Shown here in pieces: positions 10,041 to 22,239 of a stretch of DNA of 64,000 bases. The stretch comes from an uncultured delta proteobacterium (GTDB lineage Bacteria; Myxococcota_A; Polyangia; Palsa-1104): assembly GCA_963785725.1 (NCBI GenBank), contig CAWAWS010000033.1, forward strand, positions 160,001 through 224,000. The letters run 5' to 3'. The position numbers and the translations under genes are program-made. Under the pieces are notes generated by a model that saw nothing but the letters and a program-made list of their open reading frames with translations, did not search any database and was not told the DNA's origin. Within the stretch, counting starts at the first letter, position 1. Each line of letters opens with the position of its first letter.

Positions 10041-10720
10041 GCGGGCGGCAGCTCGACGCGGAAGCAGGAGCCGCGGCCGAGCTCGCTCTTGACCGCCAAG
10101 CGGCCGCCGAGCGCGGCGACGGTGTCGCGGACGATGGCCAAGCCGACGCCGGCGCCGGCGCCGCGCTTCGTCGAATAGAGCGGCTCGAAGATGCGCTGCA
10201 CTTGGTCGGCGGGGATGCCGCTGCCGCTGTCCTCGATCTCGATGCGCGCCCAGCCGTCATCGCCGTGGCCGATGCGGATGGCGAGGCGATTGTGGTCGCG
10301 ATCGCCGCGCGGACCGGGCGACATCGATTGCGCGCCGTTGAGCAGCAGGCTGACCAAGAGCTGGCCCAGCTGCCGCTCCGTCGCCAACACCAGCGGTGCG
10401 GGCGCGAACGCGCGCACGAGCCGGGCATGCCGCGCGATCTCGCTCGCCGTGACGTCGAGGACGCGATCGGCCACGGTCGCGACGTCGAGCGGCGCCGGCG
10501 CACGCGCGTCATCGCCGCCGAAGAGCGCGAGGTAGCGCGCGAAGCCGGCGATGCGGGCGGTGTCCTCGGGCAAGAGCGGCTCCAGCGCGCCGGCGCGGCC
10601 TTGCGCCGCCGCGTGCGCGCGCAGCCGTTCGAGCAGCGACGGCAGCGTCGCCGCCATCGCCGTCAGGTTCGCGGCCACGAAGCCCACGCGATCGCGCGCC
10701 GCGCCGTCGTCGTCAGCCAC
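10037..10720 (-). CDS. Stand-alone histidine-kinase-like HATPase_c protein
   Basis: N box LLLNGAQS, G1 IEDSGSGI, F IFEPLYSTK, G2 GAGVGLAIV, SELGRGSCFRVELP. Start GTG 10720 is inferred; the ORF track fuses it to the giant upstream gene. Confidence 0.75.
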   Translation of the reverse strand: MADDDGAARDRVGFVAANLTAMAATLPSLLERLRAHAAAQGRAGALEPLLPEDTARIAGFARYLALFGGDDARAPAPLDVATVADRVLDVTASEIARHARLVRAFAPAPLVLATERQLGQLLVSLLLNGAQSMSPGPRGDRDHNRLAIRIGHGDDGWARIEIEDSGSGIPADQVQRIFEPLYSTKRGAGAGVGLAIVRDTVAALGGRLAVKSELGRGSCFRVELPPA

Positions 10721-10758
10721 GGGCCGTCGTCCGCAGCCCAGCGTCGCCGGACGTGTCG

Positions 10759-13700
10759 TTAGGCCGGCTTCTTGCCATTCGCGCCCGTGCCGCCGGCCGG
10801 AGCCGCCGCGCCGCCACCGCCGCGCCGCCGCCCGCCGGCGCATCCCGCCGCCGCCGCCCGCGCCGGCACCGCCGCCCGCCGGCGCATTCCCGCCGCCGAG
10901 ACCGCCCGCCATCGCCAGCTCCAGCGGATCAGGCGGCGCCAGGAACTTCGCCGTGAACCCCTCGTCGAGGAAGATGTTCCAGTTCGCCGCCTGTTGCATG
11001 ATCGGCGCGATCGTATCGGGCACGCGCTCGGCATCCTCCAGCGGCGGCTGAGTCGGCGGATTGAAGTTGGCGTTCCCGGCGTGCAGCGGCCCGTCGCCGC
11101 CGCCCATCGTCACCCAAATCGAGCCCAACGCCGACCCGATGGCGTTCGCGTCCAGCCGCGGCTGCGTCATCCGCAGGACGTTGATCTGCGCGATCCCGCT
11201 GAAGCCGACCATCTTCGTCGCCCGGCGAATCTGATCGACGACCGGCTGCGCCTGCGCCTTCCACATCGCGAACAGCTCTTCCGGCTTCTTCCCCGGATTC
11301 GCCTTTTGCAGCTTCTGCAGCTCCGCGATCTTCTTCGCCGAGACCTGCGAGCGATTCTCGACCGGCGACGCGAACGGAATGGCGTCGAGCTTGAGCACGC
11401 CCTCTTGCACCGAATCCCAGCCGAGAATTTTCGAGAAGCTGAACTTCGCGGCCGCTTCGTCCCACTTCATCATCTTGGGTGCCGGTCCAGCCGCGCCTTT
11501 TGCCGGCGGCGCGCCGTTCGCGGCGGCCGCACCGTTCGCCGGTGCCGCCGCGCCACCCGGTGCTGCCGCGCCACTCGCGCCCGCGTGACTGGCGCCGGCT
11601 CCGCCGGCCGCGCCCGCTCCGCCGGCGCCCGCGCCGCCGCCGCCCGCATTTCCCGCGACTGCCGGATTCGCCGCGCCGGCACCCGCGCCGCCGCCCGCGC
11701 CCGCATGGGCGGCCGCGCCGTTTGCGCCCGCGCCGCCCGCCGCATTCGCACCGGCACCGCCGCCGGCCGCACCCGCAGCAGTCGCGCCGCCGCCCGCTGG
11801 ATTCGCCGCGCCCGCGCCACCGCCTGCCGCGCTTGCCGGACCCGCGCCGCCGGCATTCGCCGCGCCGGCGCCGCCCGCATTCGCTGCGCCCGCGCCGCCC
11901 GCATTCGCCGCGCCGGCGCCGCCCGCCGCGTTCGCCGCGCCGGCACCGCCGCCGCCCGCCGCATCCGCGCCGGCCGCGCCCGCACCGCCGGCCGCGCCCG
12001 CGCCGTCGGCCGCCGGCTTGCCATCGGCCCCCGCTTTGCCATCCGCGAGCGGCTTGCCGTCGGGCCCGACTTTGCCGTCCGCGCCCGGCTTGCCGCTCTT
12101 GGCCTGCACCTGCGTGATGACCGTCGTCATCTGCACGAGCCCCGGCGCGCCCGCATTGAACGCCGCTGCCATCGCCATCCAGAACGCCGGCGCCGGCACG
12201 ACACCGGCATCGATCGTCGTCAGCTTCGCCTGCACCTGCGCCGCCGGACCCAAGCGATCGAGCGCCACGCGCAACGTCTTCGCCATGTCCGCCGCCACCG
12301 CGATCGCCGCCAGCTTCGAATTGATGAACGCCGACTTCTCGGTGTCCGCCATCTTCTCGACTTCGGCGATCAAATACTGCCCCGCCTTCGAGCCCTTGTT
12401 GTTCTCCTTGAACTTGGCGAACAGCTCGAGCGCCTTGATCTGCTCGTCGGACAGCGAATAGCCGGGATCGAAGCCCGCCGCCGGCTTGTACTCCTTGCCG
12501 ACGTACAAGTTGCCCGCATACAGCTTGCCCGCGTAGTCCTTCGCCGGCGGCAGCGTGTCCTCGGGCTTGGCCGCGTCGTGCAGCTTCTGATACTCCTGCA
12601 CGACGTCGCCCCAGACCTTCGCTTCGAAGTTGTAGAACTTCTTCTGCGCCAGCTTCTCCTTGAACGACGCGAACGTCTCGCCTTCGCGCTTCTGCTTGAC
12701 GAAGTTCGAGTAGGCGATGCGCGCCTGATCCGCCGTGCCGGCCGCGAAATCGCCCGGCGGCGGCATCAGGTGACGCTGATGCGCGTCCTTAGCGGCGGTG
12801 TCGAGCTTCTTGGTCGCGGCCTCGGCGCCATGCGTCTTCTGATCGATCTTGGCCTTGTATTCGTGCTCGTTCTTGGCGAGCTGCTCCTTCTCTTTGTCCT
12901 CGTCCGTCTTGCCCTTGTCGGCGACCGCCTGCACCGTCGGATTGAGCGGACCCGCGGAGACTTCGTCCTTCTTCGCGCCGGCGTTCTTGTCCTTGGCGCC
13001 GCCTGCCGCCGGGGCACCGCCTGCCGCACCCGCCGCGCTCGCGCCACCCGCGGCGCCGCCGGCCGCAGCCGCGCCGCCCGCAGCCGCGCCGCCGGCCGCA
13101 GCTGGTCCCGCAGCCGCCGGCGCCGGCGCCCCCGCACCCGCTGCACCGCCGGCGCCCGCTTTGCCGCCGGCCGCGCCACCAAACGTCGCCTTGCGCGCGT
13201 CGAGCGACTTCGCCTGCGAGATGATTCCGGCCGGACCGGCAGCGACGGCCGGACCGGGCGCGCCGACGGAGCTGCCACCGCCACCGCCCTTGCCGCCGCC
13301 GCCACCGCCGTCGCCTTTGGGCATCGACCCGCCGCCGCCGCCGCCCTGCTGCGTGCCGCGATTGCTGGCCGAGCCCGGCTCGGGGCTCGGCGGCGACGCG
13401 CCCGTCGGTGGCGCGGCGTTGCCGGCGGCCGGCGGCGCCGCCGGCTGCGCCTTGGGAATCGCGCCCGCCGCCGTCGCCGACACGCCCGGATCGGACGGCA
13501 ACGCCGGCAGCGTCACCGCCGGCAACACCAACAGCGGCGGCGGCAGCGGCACCGGCGGCGGCACCGGAATCGGCGCCGGCTTCGCCAGCACGGGCGGCAT
13601 CGGCGGCTCCGGCGGCGGCGGCGGCACCGGCGCCTTCTCCTGCTCCGTCGGCTTCTCGGTCGCGCCCTCTTTTTGCGCCTGCTTCTCGGCCTCGGCGACG

Positions 13701-16700
13701 TGCTTCTGCGCCTTGGCGCCCTCTTCTTGGTGATGCTTGACCTTGTGCTCGTGCTCAGCCTTCTGCTGATGCACTTTCTTCTCGTGCTCTTGCTCGGCTT
13801 TGGCGTAGTCGGCCTGCTGCTTGGCGACGTGGCGAACGTGCTCCTCGTCCTGCGCCTTCTGCTTCCGCTGCACCTCGGCCAGATCGGCCTGGTACTTGGC
13901 CGTGATGAGCGCCTGCACCTCTTCCCGCTCGGCGACGACGTTGACGCCCGTGTCGGGGTTGATGCCCATGTGCGCGATCTGCGCGCGGCGCCACTCGAGC
14001 ACGAGACGACCGGCGCGCGCCGGATCGCTCTTGGACGCGATCGCCACCGCCTTGGCCAGCTTCTCCGTCGGTGACGTGCAGGCGTCGGCGGGATCGATCT
14101 GCTCGGCGTTGTCGGCGTGCTCGCGATAGAAGTCCCACGCCTTGCCGGGAATGCCGAACATGGCGTTGAAGTCGACGGGCGCCGCCGTCATGCCGTTTTC
14201 CCAGCCCGGCGGCAGCTCCGCGAACTGCCCCGCGGCCGCCTTCATGCGCTGCAACACGGGCGCGATCTTTTCCTTCGCCTCTTTGTTGCCCTGATCGTCG
14301 GAGGTCTTGCTGGCGCCGTCTTTGACGCCGTTCTGCATCTTGGTGAGGCCGTCGTCGCGCAGCGACAGGCCGTTGACGAACTTGGTGCCGCCGGGACCGC
14401 CGAGCTGCAGGTCGATGGGCTGGAACGGCTGGAACGAGCCCAAGTCGATGTGCGCGAAGTTCACCGACGCCAACGTGTACTTCTTGTCGATGATCGTGAA
14501 CCAGCAGATCTCGGCGTGCATCGTCGCGATCAAGTTGGCGATGAGATCGAGCGACGCGGCGACGAACGGGTTGATCTGGATCTTCGCGCCTTCGCCCTGG
14601 CGATAGGTGCCGGTGATGCCGGCGCCCAAGTCGAGGTTGAGGCGCGCCACGATCTCGGCGCCGATGCCGACCGACGCCGACGCGATGAGCAGCTGGATCT
14701 CGCCGACGATCTGCACCGAGAACGAGAGCGCGAGATAGGAGCCCATCGAGATCTGGCCGCCGAAGCTGATCGGCGGCAGGCCGCCCGAGTCGAGCGCGTC
14801 GAGCCCGCCTTCGAGCTTCGGGTTCTCCAGCTTCACCTTCGGCATGCGATAGCCGGCGGCGACGCCGAAGCCGAGGCGCAACGCCAAGCTCGCCACGCCG
14901 ACGGTCGCCAGCGGAATGTCGATGTCGTTGTGCAGCGCGGCCAGCTGGTGATCGCTGTCGTCGGCGTGCTTGTCGGTCGGCGTGATGCCGCCGATCTGCA
15001 GGCCGTCTTTCTGCGAATACTTGACGGCGACGACGAGCTCCGTCGACTCGTCGGGCGTGAGCGTGATCGAGCCCTCGAAGACGAAGCCCGCGCCGTAGCC
15101 GATCTTGACGGTGGCGGTCTTGATGTACTGGTTGTTCTTCGGGTTGAGCGTGGCGCCGACTTCGATGCCGTTGCCGTCGAGCTGGCCGATGACCTCGGCC
15201 TTGTCGAAGCCGGGCACGGTGACGGGAAACTTGATCCTCGCGTAGAGCCCGGTGCCGGACGCGTAGCCGGCTTCGAACGTGCCTTTGCCGTCCTTTTGGA
15301 ACGGCGAGGCGAACTGCGTCGTCAGCTTGGCGCTCAAGCCGGCGCCGGGCGCGTACGAGACGACGATCGTCGGATCTTCGAGCGCGAGGAACTCGGGCGG
15401 AACGAGGTGCAGCTCGCCGCTGGCCTGCGTCAGCTTCCAGTTGGCGATGGCGACTTTGATGCTGCCCGACTTGATGAAGCTCGACAGCGGTGAGCCGGCG
15501 ACGGGCACGACCTTGAGCTCGGCCGACGTCGACAGGCCGAGGCCGTCGCCGGCGGTGACGACCGCTTTGCCCTCGACGTCGACGCCGGGGAAGGCCGCTT
15601 TGACGTTCAGCTCGCCCGACGAGAACTTGTTCTGCACGACCGAGATGCTGCCGTCGGCGACGACATCGCCGATCTTGACGTGCTGCACGGCCAAGGTCGC
15701 GTCGATGCCCTTGCCGTTGTGATAATTGCCGACGAACGTCGCCTGGCAGTCGCTGATGCCGGCGATGGGGATGCCGTTGATGACGGCGTTGACGCCGAAG
15801 TCGAGGTCGGTCTTCTCGCCGCCGCCGATGCCGATGCTGAACTTGGCGGTGACGCTCGAGAAGGAGACGTAGTTCTTCATCCCCTGCGCGAGCTTGGTGG
15901 CGTCGACGACGCCGTTGAGCTTGAAGCTCGCCGGCTCGCCACCGCCGGCGGCGGCGTCGACGGTCATGTCGACCTGCGCCAACCCGGCCACGTCGGCCGA
16001 CGCGCCGCCGTCGACGGTGAACTTCTTGGTCGCGCTCGTCCAGCTGGCGTTGATGGCGCTCTTGCCGACGTCGAACTTGACCGCGCCCATCGTCGGCGGC
16101 GGCTTGAGCGTGCCTTTGATGCTGATGGCTTTGTTGGCGTACTCGAACGCCAAAATCGAGCCGGGGCCGAGCTCTTTGACGACCGGCGACATGTCGATCG
16201 AGGTCTTGATGGTGACGTCGCCCTTGGCGTACTCGATCTCGGCGACCTGGAACGCGTCCGAGACCTTGCCGAGGCCTTTGAGCTTGGTGACCTTGCCCTT
16301 GACGTCGATGGCGTTGTTCGTGACCTTGATGGTGGCTTCGGCGTCGAGGTGCTCCGAGTAAGCCGCGGCCAAGTTGAGCTTGATGCCGTCGCCGGTCGTG
16401 CTGAGCTTGCTGTCGGCGAGCGTGAGCCCGATCTTGGTCGCATCGAAGATGGCGAACGCTTTGGCGTCGACGTTGGCGCTGCCGGTGAGCTTCTTGGCCG
16501 CGTAGTTGAAGTCGAAGGTGCCTTCGCCGACGTTGTCGACGGTCATCTTGCCGGCGATGGCCGCGTGCATGCCGGCGCCGGCGTCGAAGCCGACCGAGCT
16601 GCCGTCGTTGACGGTCAGGTGCGCCGGACCCATGTCGACGGGGACGCTCGACAACAGCTTGCCGTTGACGCCGGTGTTGTTGGCGGTGACGGCGACTTTG

Positions 16701-19700
16701 AGACCCTTCAACGCCGGCGCGGTCATCTCCGCGTCGACGGCGACGTTGAAGGCGCCGGTGCGAATGTTGACGTCGGCGCTCTTGATCGTGCCGTTGACGG
16801 CCTCGGGCACGACGAAGCCGCCGTCGCCCAAGCTGACGGCGCCCGTCTTCCACACGGCGCTGCCGTGCTTGGTCTGGAAGTATTCCGAGGCGGTGATGGC
16901 GACGTCGGTGACTTCAGCGTCGAAGTCGTTGTCGTTGCCGATATGCACTTGGAACTTGCCCGACAGCATCTTCTTGCTGCCCGACGTCCACGTGACCGAG
17001 CCGGTGGCGGTGGTGCCCAAGGTGAACTTGCCGCCGGCGTAGTTGACCTGCATCGGGGCGTGGAAGCCGTCGACTTTGACGCCGGGCAAGCCGCTCGTGA
17101 GCTTGTTGACGGCGGCGTCGGCGTTGATGGTCGCGTTGAACGTGGCTTGGTCTTTGTTGCCGCCGATCTTGGTGATGGCGACGTCGGCCAACGCGGCGAC
17201 GCCGAACTTGATGGTGCCGACGCTCTTGAAGTCGCCGCCGTTGCTCGAGCCCGCCGACGCCTGGACCTTGCCGAGGATGAGGTTGTTCGTCATCGGCGCG
17301 AGCTCGAACTCGCCGTCGGCCGACCAGTCGAGCACGCCTTGGTTCCAGCCGACGCTGGCTTTGGCGCTCGAGCCGCCGCCCGCGCCGTGCGCCTGCAAGT
17401 GGCCGTTGAGGATCTTGTTGGGCAGCAGGTCGATCGTGCCGCCGTCGAGCGTGACGCTGACGCCGCCGGCTTTGATCGTCGTGTCCTTGGCCGCGGTCAG
17501 CGTGCCGGTGATCTCTTTGCCGCTGACCTTCGCTTTGAGCTGCGAGAAGACGACCTGGCCGCTGATGGGCGCGACGCTGACGGCGACCTGCGTGGCGTCG
17601 AACGTGAACGCGTTGGCGCCGGCGGTGCGGTCGTAGACGACGTGCATGTCGCCGCTCAGCTGGCTGACGACCGAGGCGAGCGGAATGTGCGTGTCGGCCT
17701 TGATGTCGATGGGCTTGCCGGCGCCGGCCGCGATGACGGTGACGGCGATGTCGGGCAGCCCGCCGAGCTTGACGATGCCGCTGGCGCTGCCGATGAGCCC
17801 GGCGGTCTTCTCCATCGTGAGCTGCGACGCGCTGTCGATGGCGATGTCGACGCCGCCGACGCTGATCGTCTTGCCGCCGTGAATCGTCGCGCCGTAGCCG
17901 GTCGAATCGAGGTGCGCCTCGTCGATGGTCAGCCCTTGCAGCGGCCCGGCGAGCGCGACGTCCTTGGCCGTGGCGCTGATGCCTTTGGCGTTGTCGTAGC
18001 CGAGGTCGAGCGACGCGCCGCCGGCGACGATGCCGTCGAGCGCCTTGAACTTGACCGTCGTCTTGGCGTCCCAATTGCCGGCGACGTACTTGAACGAGAA
18101 CGGCGTCTCTTCGGTGAACGCCGACTCGGTGACGGTGCCGGCGACGTTGGCGCCGGTGACCTTGCCGCCGTCGATGATCGGCGTGGCCTTGGCCTTGACC
18201 GTCCCGCCCAGCACATCGACGGTCACCTGTCCGTCGGTCAACGAGAGCTGCTTCTGCGCGTTCATCTTCAGCGTCAACGAGCCGTTGATGGTCGCGCCCG
18301 GCACCGTCAGCGAAATGCCGTTCTCGGGCACCGTCAAGGTCGCGCCGAGGCCGCCCTCTTGGTCCTCGAGCGTGATCGTGCCGGTGAAGATGCTGCCGAC
18401 GGTGATCTTGGCCTCGCCCGTCGCCGAAAAGTGCGGCTTGCCGCCGGTGACGCTGACCGCGAGCTGCATTCCGCCCATGACGGTGGCGCCGTCGGGCAAC
18501 AGGCGCTGCAGCGCGCCGGCGTCGAGCGGCGCCGAAGCCGTGACCGCCTCGCCGATCTTGTTGACGGTGATGCCGCTCGGGAAGACGCTGGCGAGCGGCC
18601 CCGACGCGAAGTTGGCGTTCTTGCAGCTGAGCGAATTGCCGCCGCCTTCGTTCGAGGCCGTCAGCTGGCCGGTCATCGCGCCGCCGGTCAACCCGGCCAG
18701 GTCGACGGCGACGGTGCCTTCGACCTTCAAGGCGCCGCTGCTGTCGTAGCTGACGTGGCCGGTGGCGCTGGCGGCGCCGCCCGCGCCCATCTGCACTTCG
18801 ACCGAGCCGGTGATCTGCGGCGCGCCCGCGCCCTTTTCGAAGTGCAGCTGGCCGTTGTTGATCTGGCCGGTGATGGGACCGACGGTGACGGGGCCGCTGG
18901 CGAACTGAAGGTCGCCCGACAGCGTGCCGTTGGCGTAGGTGACGTTGGGGACGCTGACGTACTGCGCGATGCGCGGGTCGGATGCCTTGATGTCCGTCGC
19001 GTGCACGCTCAACGGCGACGCGGCGCCGCTCGTGTAACCGACTTTCAAGTTGCCGGCCAGCTGCGGCACGAGCGCGTGCACGTCGACGTCGACCTCCGCC
19101 TGCGTCGACAGCTGCCCGTTGGCGTACTGCAGGCCGAGCGACACCGGCGCGCCCGGAAACGCCGTGATCTTGAGCGACGCCGAGCCCTTGAGCTGCGACA
19201 GATCGTAGGTGCCGCCGGCGCCGGGGATGGTCAGGCTGACTTGATCGAGCGAGCCTACCGACGCCAACCCTGCCGGCGCGATGTTCGAGCCGGTGATCGT
19301 GATGTCGCCGAGCGCGGTGCCCAAGTTGCGCACGTCGGTGGCGCCGACGGCGACGGACGCGTTGAGCTGGCTCAGCTGACCGAGCGTGCCGCCCAAGTCG
19401 AGGCTGATCGGCCCGCCGGCGGTGCTCGCCGAGACCTGCCAGCCGGGCTTCACGTCGATGTTGATGTCGGGCAGCGTGACGCGCGGGACGGCGAACTTGA
19501 CGCCGATCGATCCGGTGAGCGAGCCGCCCGGATCCATCGCCAAGTTCTGCCAGGTGCCGGTGACGAGGCCGCCGAGCAAGCTGACGGTGACGTTGCCGCT
19601 GACGCCGAACGTGTTGGCGCCGAACGCGTCCTTGACCGAGACGGTGAGTCCGGAAACCGAGATGCCGGGGACGCCGGCGTTGGCGATGGTGATCGAGCCG

Positions 19701-22135
19701 TCGAGCTGGCCGCCTTGGTACGCGATCGTCGCCGTGCCGCTGATGACGGCGGCGCCGCCGGGTCCGGCCGTGAACGTGCCGGTCGCGTCGCCGGTGACGT
19801 TGGCGCCGTCGATCTGCAGCGTCGACGCCGTCAACGCCAGCGAGCCGCCGCCGGGCAGCGCCAGCGTCACCGGCGCGCCCAAGTGCAGCGCCGCCTGCAG
19901 CTTGCCGTCCTCGACGCGCACGTCGTCGAAGATCGCCTGCGCCAGCTGCGGCATCGTGAACTTGACGTCTTTGCCGACGACACTGAGCTTGCCGGCGGCG
20001 TAGCTGATCTGCGCCGTGCCGCTCAGTCCCGGCAGATCGATCGGGATCTCGGCGCCGGCGGTGACGGTGATCGTCTTGCCGTCCCAGGTGATCGTCGCCT
20101 GGACGCTGGCCTGCAAGCCGGCGATTTGGATCGTGCCGTTGAGCGTGGCGTTGAAGGTGATGCCGCCCGGCCCGGCGCTCAAGATCGCCGTCATGTGCAT
20201 CGTGCCGCCGGCCAGGCCGTTGTCCATGCGCACGTCGGCGCCGCCGGACAAGGTGACGTCGACGCCGCCGCCCGGCGACGACGCGACGTCGATGACGAAG
20301 TCCGTCGCCTGCACGGGGAAGTCTTTGCTGAGCAGATCGCCGGGCGCGAGGTTGGCCGTGCCTTTGAACCCGTTGGCGTCGAGCTGCACCGACACCTGCT
20401 TGACGACGGCGCCCGGCACGTTGATGGGCACGATCAAGGTGCCCGAGACGGCGCCGCTGGCGTCGACGGTCAGCGTGCCGGCGGTGCCGTGCAGCGCGCC
20501 CGACTCGACGCTCGCCGACAGCGTGCCCGAGTCGACCTTGTCGCCGGTCGCTTTGAACGTGGCCGTGTTGATCTTGAGCGGCCCGATGCTCTGACCGACG
20601 GTGATCTGCTTCTTGCCGTCGCCGATGTCCTGCGCCTGCGGCAAGTGACTCGAGAGATCGAGCCCTTTTTGCAGCACATTGAGCACCCACTTCGACGGCG
20701 TGCCGGCGGCGCCGCCGGCCGGCGCCGCGCCGCCGCCGCTGTCACGCGAGATCGTGCCCGCCGGCGCGCGCTCGCGCACCTGCAGCGCGTTCGCGCCCGG
20801 CGCCGCGCCGCTCGTGACCGCCTGCGCGACGCGATCGGCCTCGTTCTCGACCGCCGATCCCGGCGCCGACAGCGACGCCGAAGCGGCCGGCGCCGCGCCC
20901 GCCTGCTGCGCGACGTGGGTCAGCTCGTGCGCCAACAGCCGCTTGCCCGCCAGCGTCGCCGGATCGTACTTGCCGGCCGCGAAGAAGACGTCCTCACCCT
21001 GCGTAAATGCCGTCGCGCCTAGTCGTTCGGCCTCGGCCGCGGCGTTGGCGTCGTCGTGCACGCGCACGCCCGACAGCGACGTCCCTAGCCGCGGCTCGAG
21101 CTCGGCGCGCACCGAGCTCGGCAGCGGCTTGCCTTGCGCGGGCCCGTTGCCACCGTTCGGGCCCAATCCACCGAGGCGGGCAGCGACGGCGGCGCGCGCT
21201 TCGCGACCGTCGGCGATGCGGCGGCCGCCGAGCGCATGCAGCGCCGTCGCGCGCACGCGGGCGGCATGCGCGTCGCCTTCGGGGCCGAGCAGCGCCTGCA
21301 TTTCACTGCGCGCCGCGCCCCGTTCGAGCAGCAGCACGAGCGCATCGGCCAGCCGGCGCGCCTCGCCCATGACGGCGTCGACGGCGGCATGCGTCGGCTC
21401 GTAGGCGGCGAGCGCCAGCGGCCGCGACGTGATGCGCGGCGCGCGACCGAGCGCCGCCCGCACCGTCATCGACGCGCGCGCGCGCTCGGCGACGAGCGGC
21501 GCCGGCCCGCTCAGCGGACCCAAGCGACGCAAGATCGAGTGCGCCTCCCGCTCGGCGCCTGCCGACGGCGCGCCCGGCCGCGACGACGGCGACGCCGTGC
21601 GCTGCTGCGCCGCGTGGATCGCCTCGTGCACCAGCACCGACGGGCGCGCTTCACCGCTGCCGACGAACACGCGGCGACCGAGCGTGAACGCGCTCGTGCT
21701 CAGCCGTGCCGTCACCAAGTCGACGAGCGGGCTCGTCACCAGCTCGACGTCGCCGAGCGGCTGCGCCAACGCGGCCTCGGCGATGGCGCGCGAATCGGCC
21801 GGCAGCGTCGCGCGCGCCAACGACGCATCGATGCTGTCCAGCCCGACGAACGCTTGCTCCCACAAGCTCGTCGCCAGCGGCGCACCCAAGTCGCGGACCA
21901 GCTCGAGATAGGCGCGCCGGCGCTCGGACGGCGGCAGCCCCTGCCGCAACAGCGCCGCCAACGCCAGCGGATCGGCGCCGCGATCGAGCAGCATGGCCCA
22001 GATGGCGCGCGGCGAGCCCGACTGCCACGGCTGCTCGTCTTCGAGCGCGCGGGCACGACGCGGCAGCGGCTGCGGCCGAGCGGGCGCTGCTACATCATGA
22101 TCGAAGAGCCGCTGCACTCGGTCCGTCCCCCACAC
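10759..22135 (-). CDS. Giant DUF4157 (eCIS core domain) protein, ~3,790 aa after frameshift correction
   Basis: Canonical DUF4157 text VRVHDDANAAAEAERLGATAFTQGEDVFF...LLAHELTHVAQQ (HELTH 20915-20929) plus an earlier divergent copy AFTLGRRVF...LVHEAIHAAQQ (21614-21628). Likely true stop TAA 10759-10761, reached after two 1-nt deletions near 10820-10845. Start uncertain (22135 or 22117). Confidence 0.85.
11690..12010 (-). repeat. Coding Gly/Ala low-complexity repeat (GGAGAANA-type units)
   Basis: Several consecutive GGAGAANA units in the translation; gcattcgccgcgcc recurs in the DNA. Confidence 0.75.
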
Positions 22136-22239
22136 GCGGTCAGCGAGGCTGTCCTAGCGTATCCGTCTCAGCAGGTTATCGCCATGCTAAAGAAAAAGTT
22201 GCTAGCGACCTGCGTCACCTCTGCGAGAGCTATCTAAGA

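Noticed and set aside
103..21022. Long plus-strand ORFs (103-2262, 2310-5738, 10772-14074, 15680-21022) and alternate-frame minus ORFs
   Set aside because: Arg/Ala/Val-rich shadow translations of real genes, expected in high-GC DNA; no motifs.
10037..22135. Single 4032-aa DUF4157-histidine kinase fusion
   Set aside because: Better explained by two 1-nt deletions that bypass the stop at 10759-10761.
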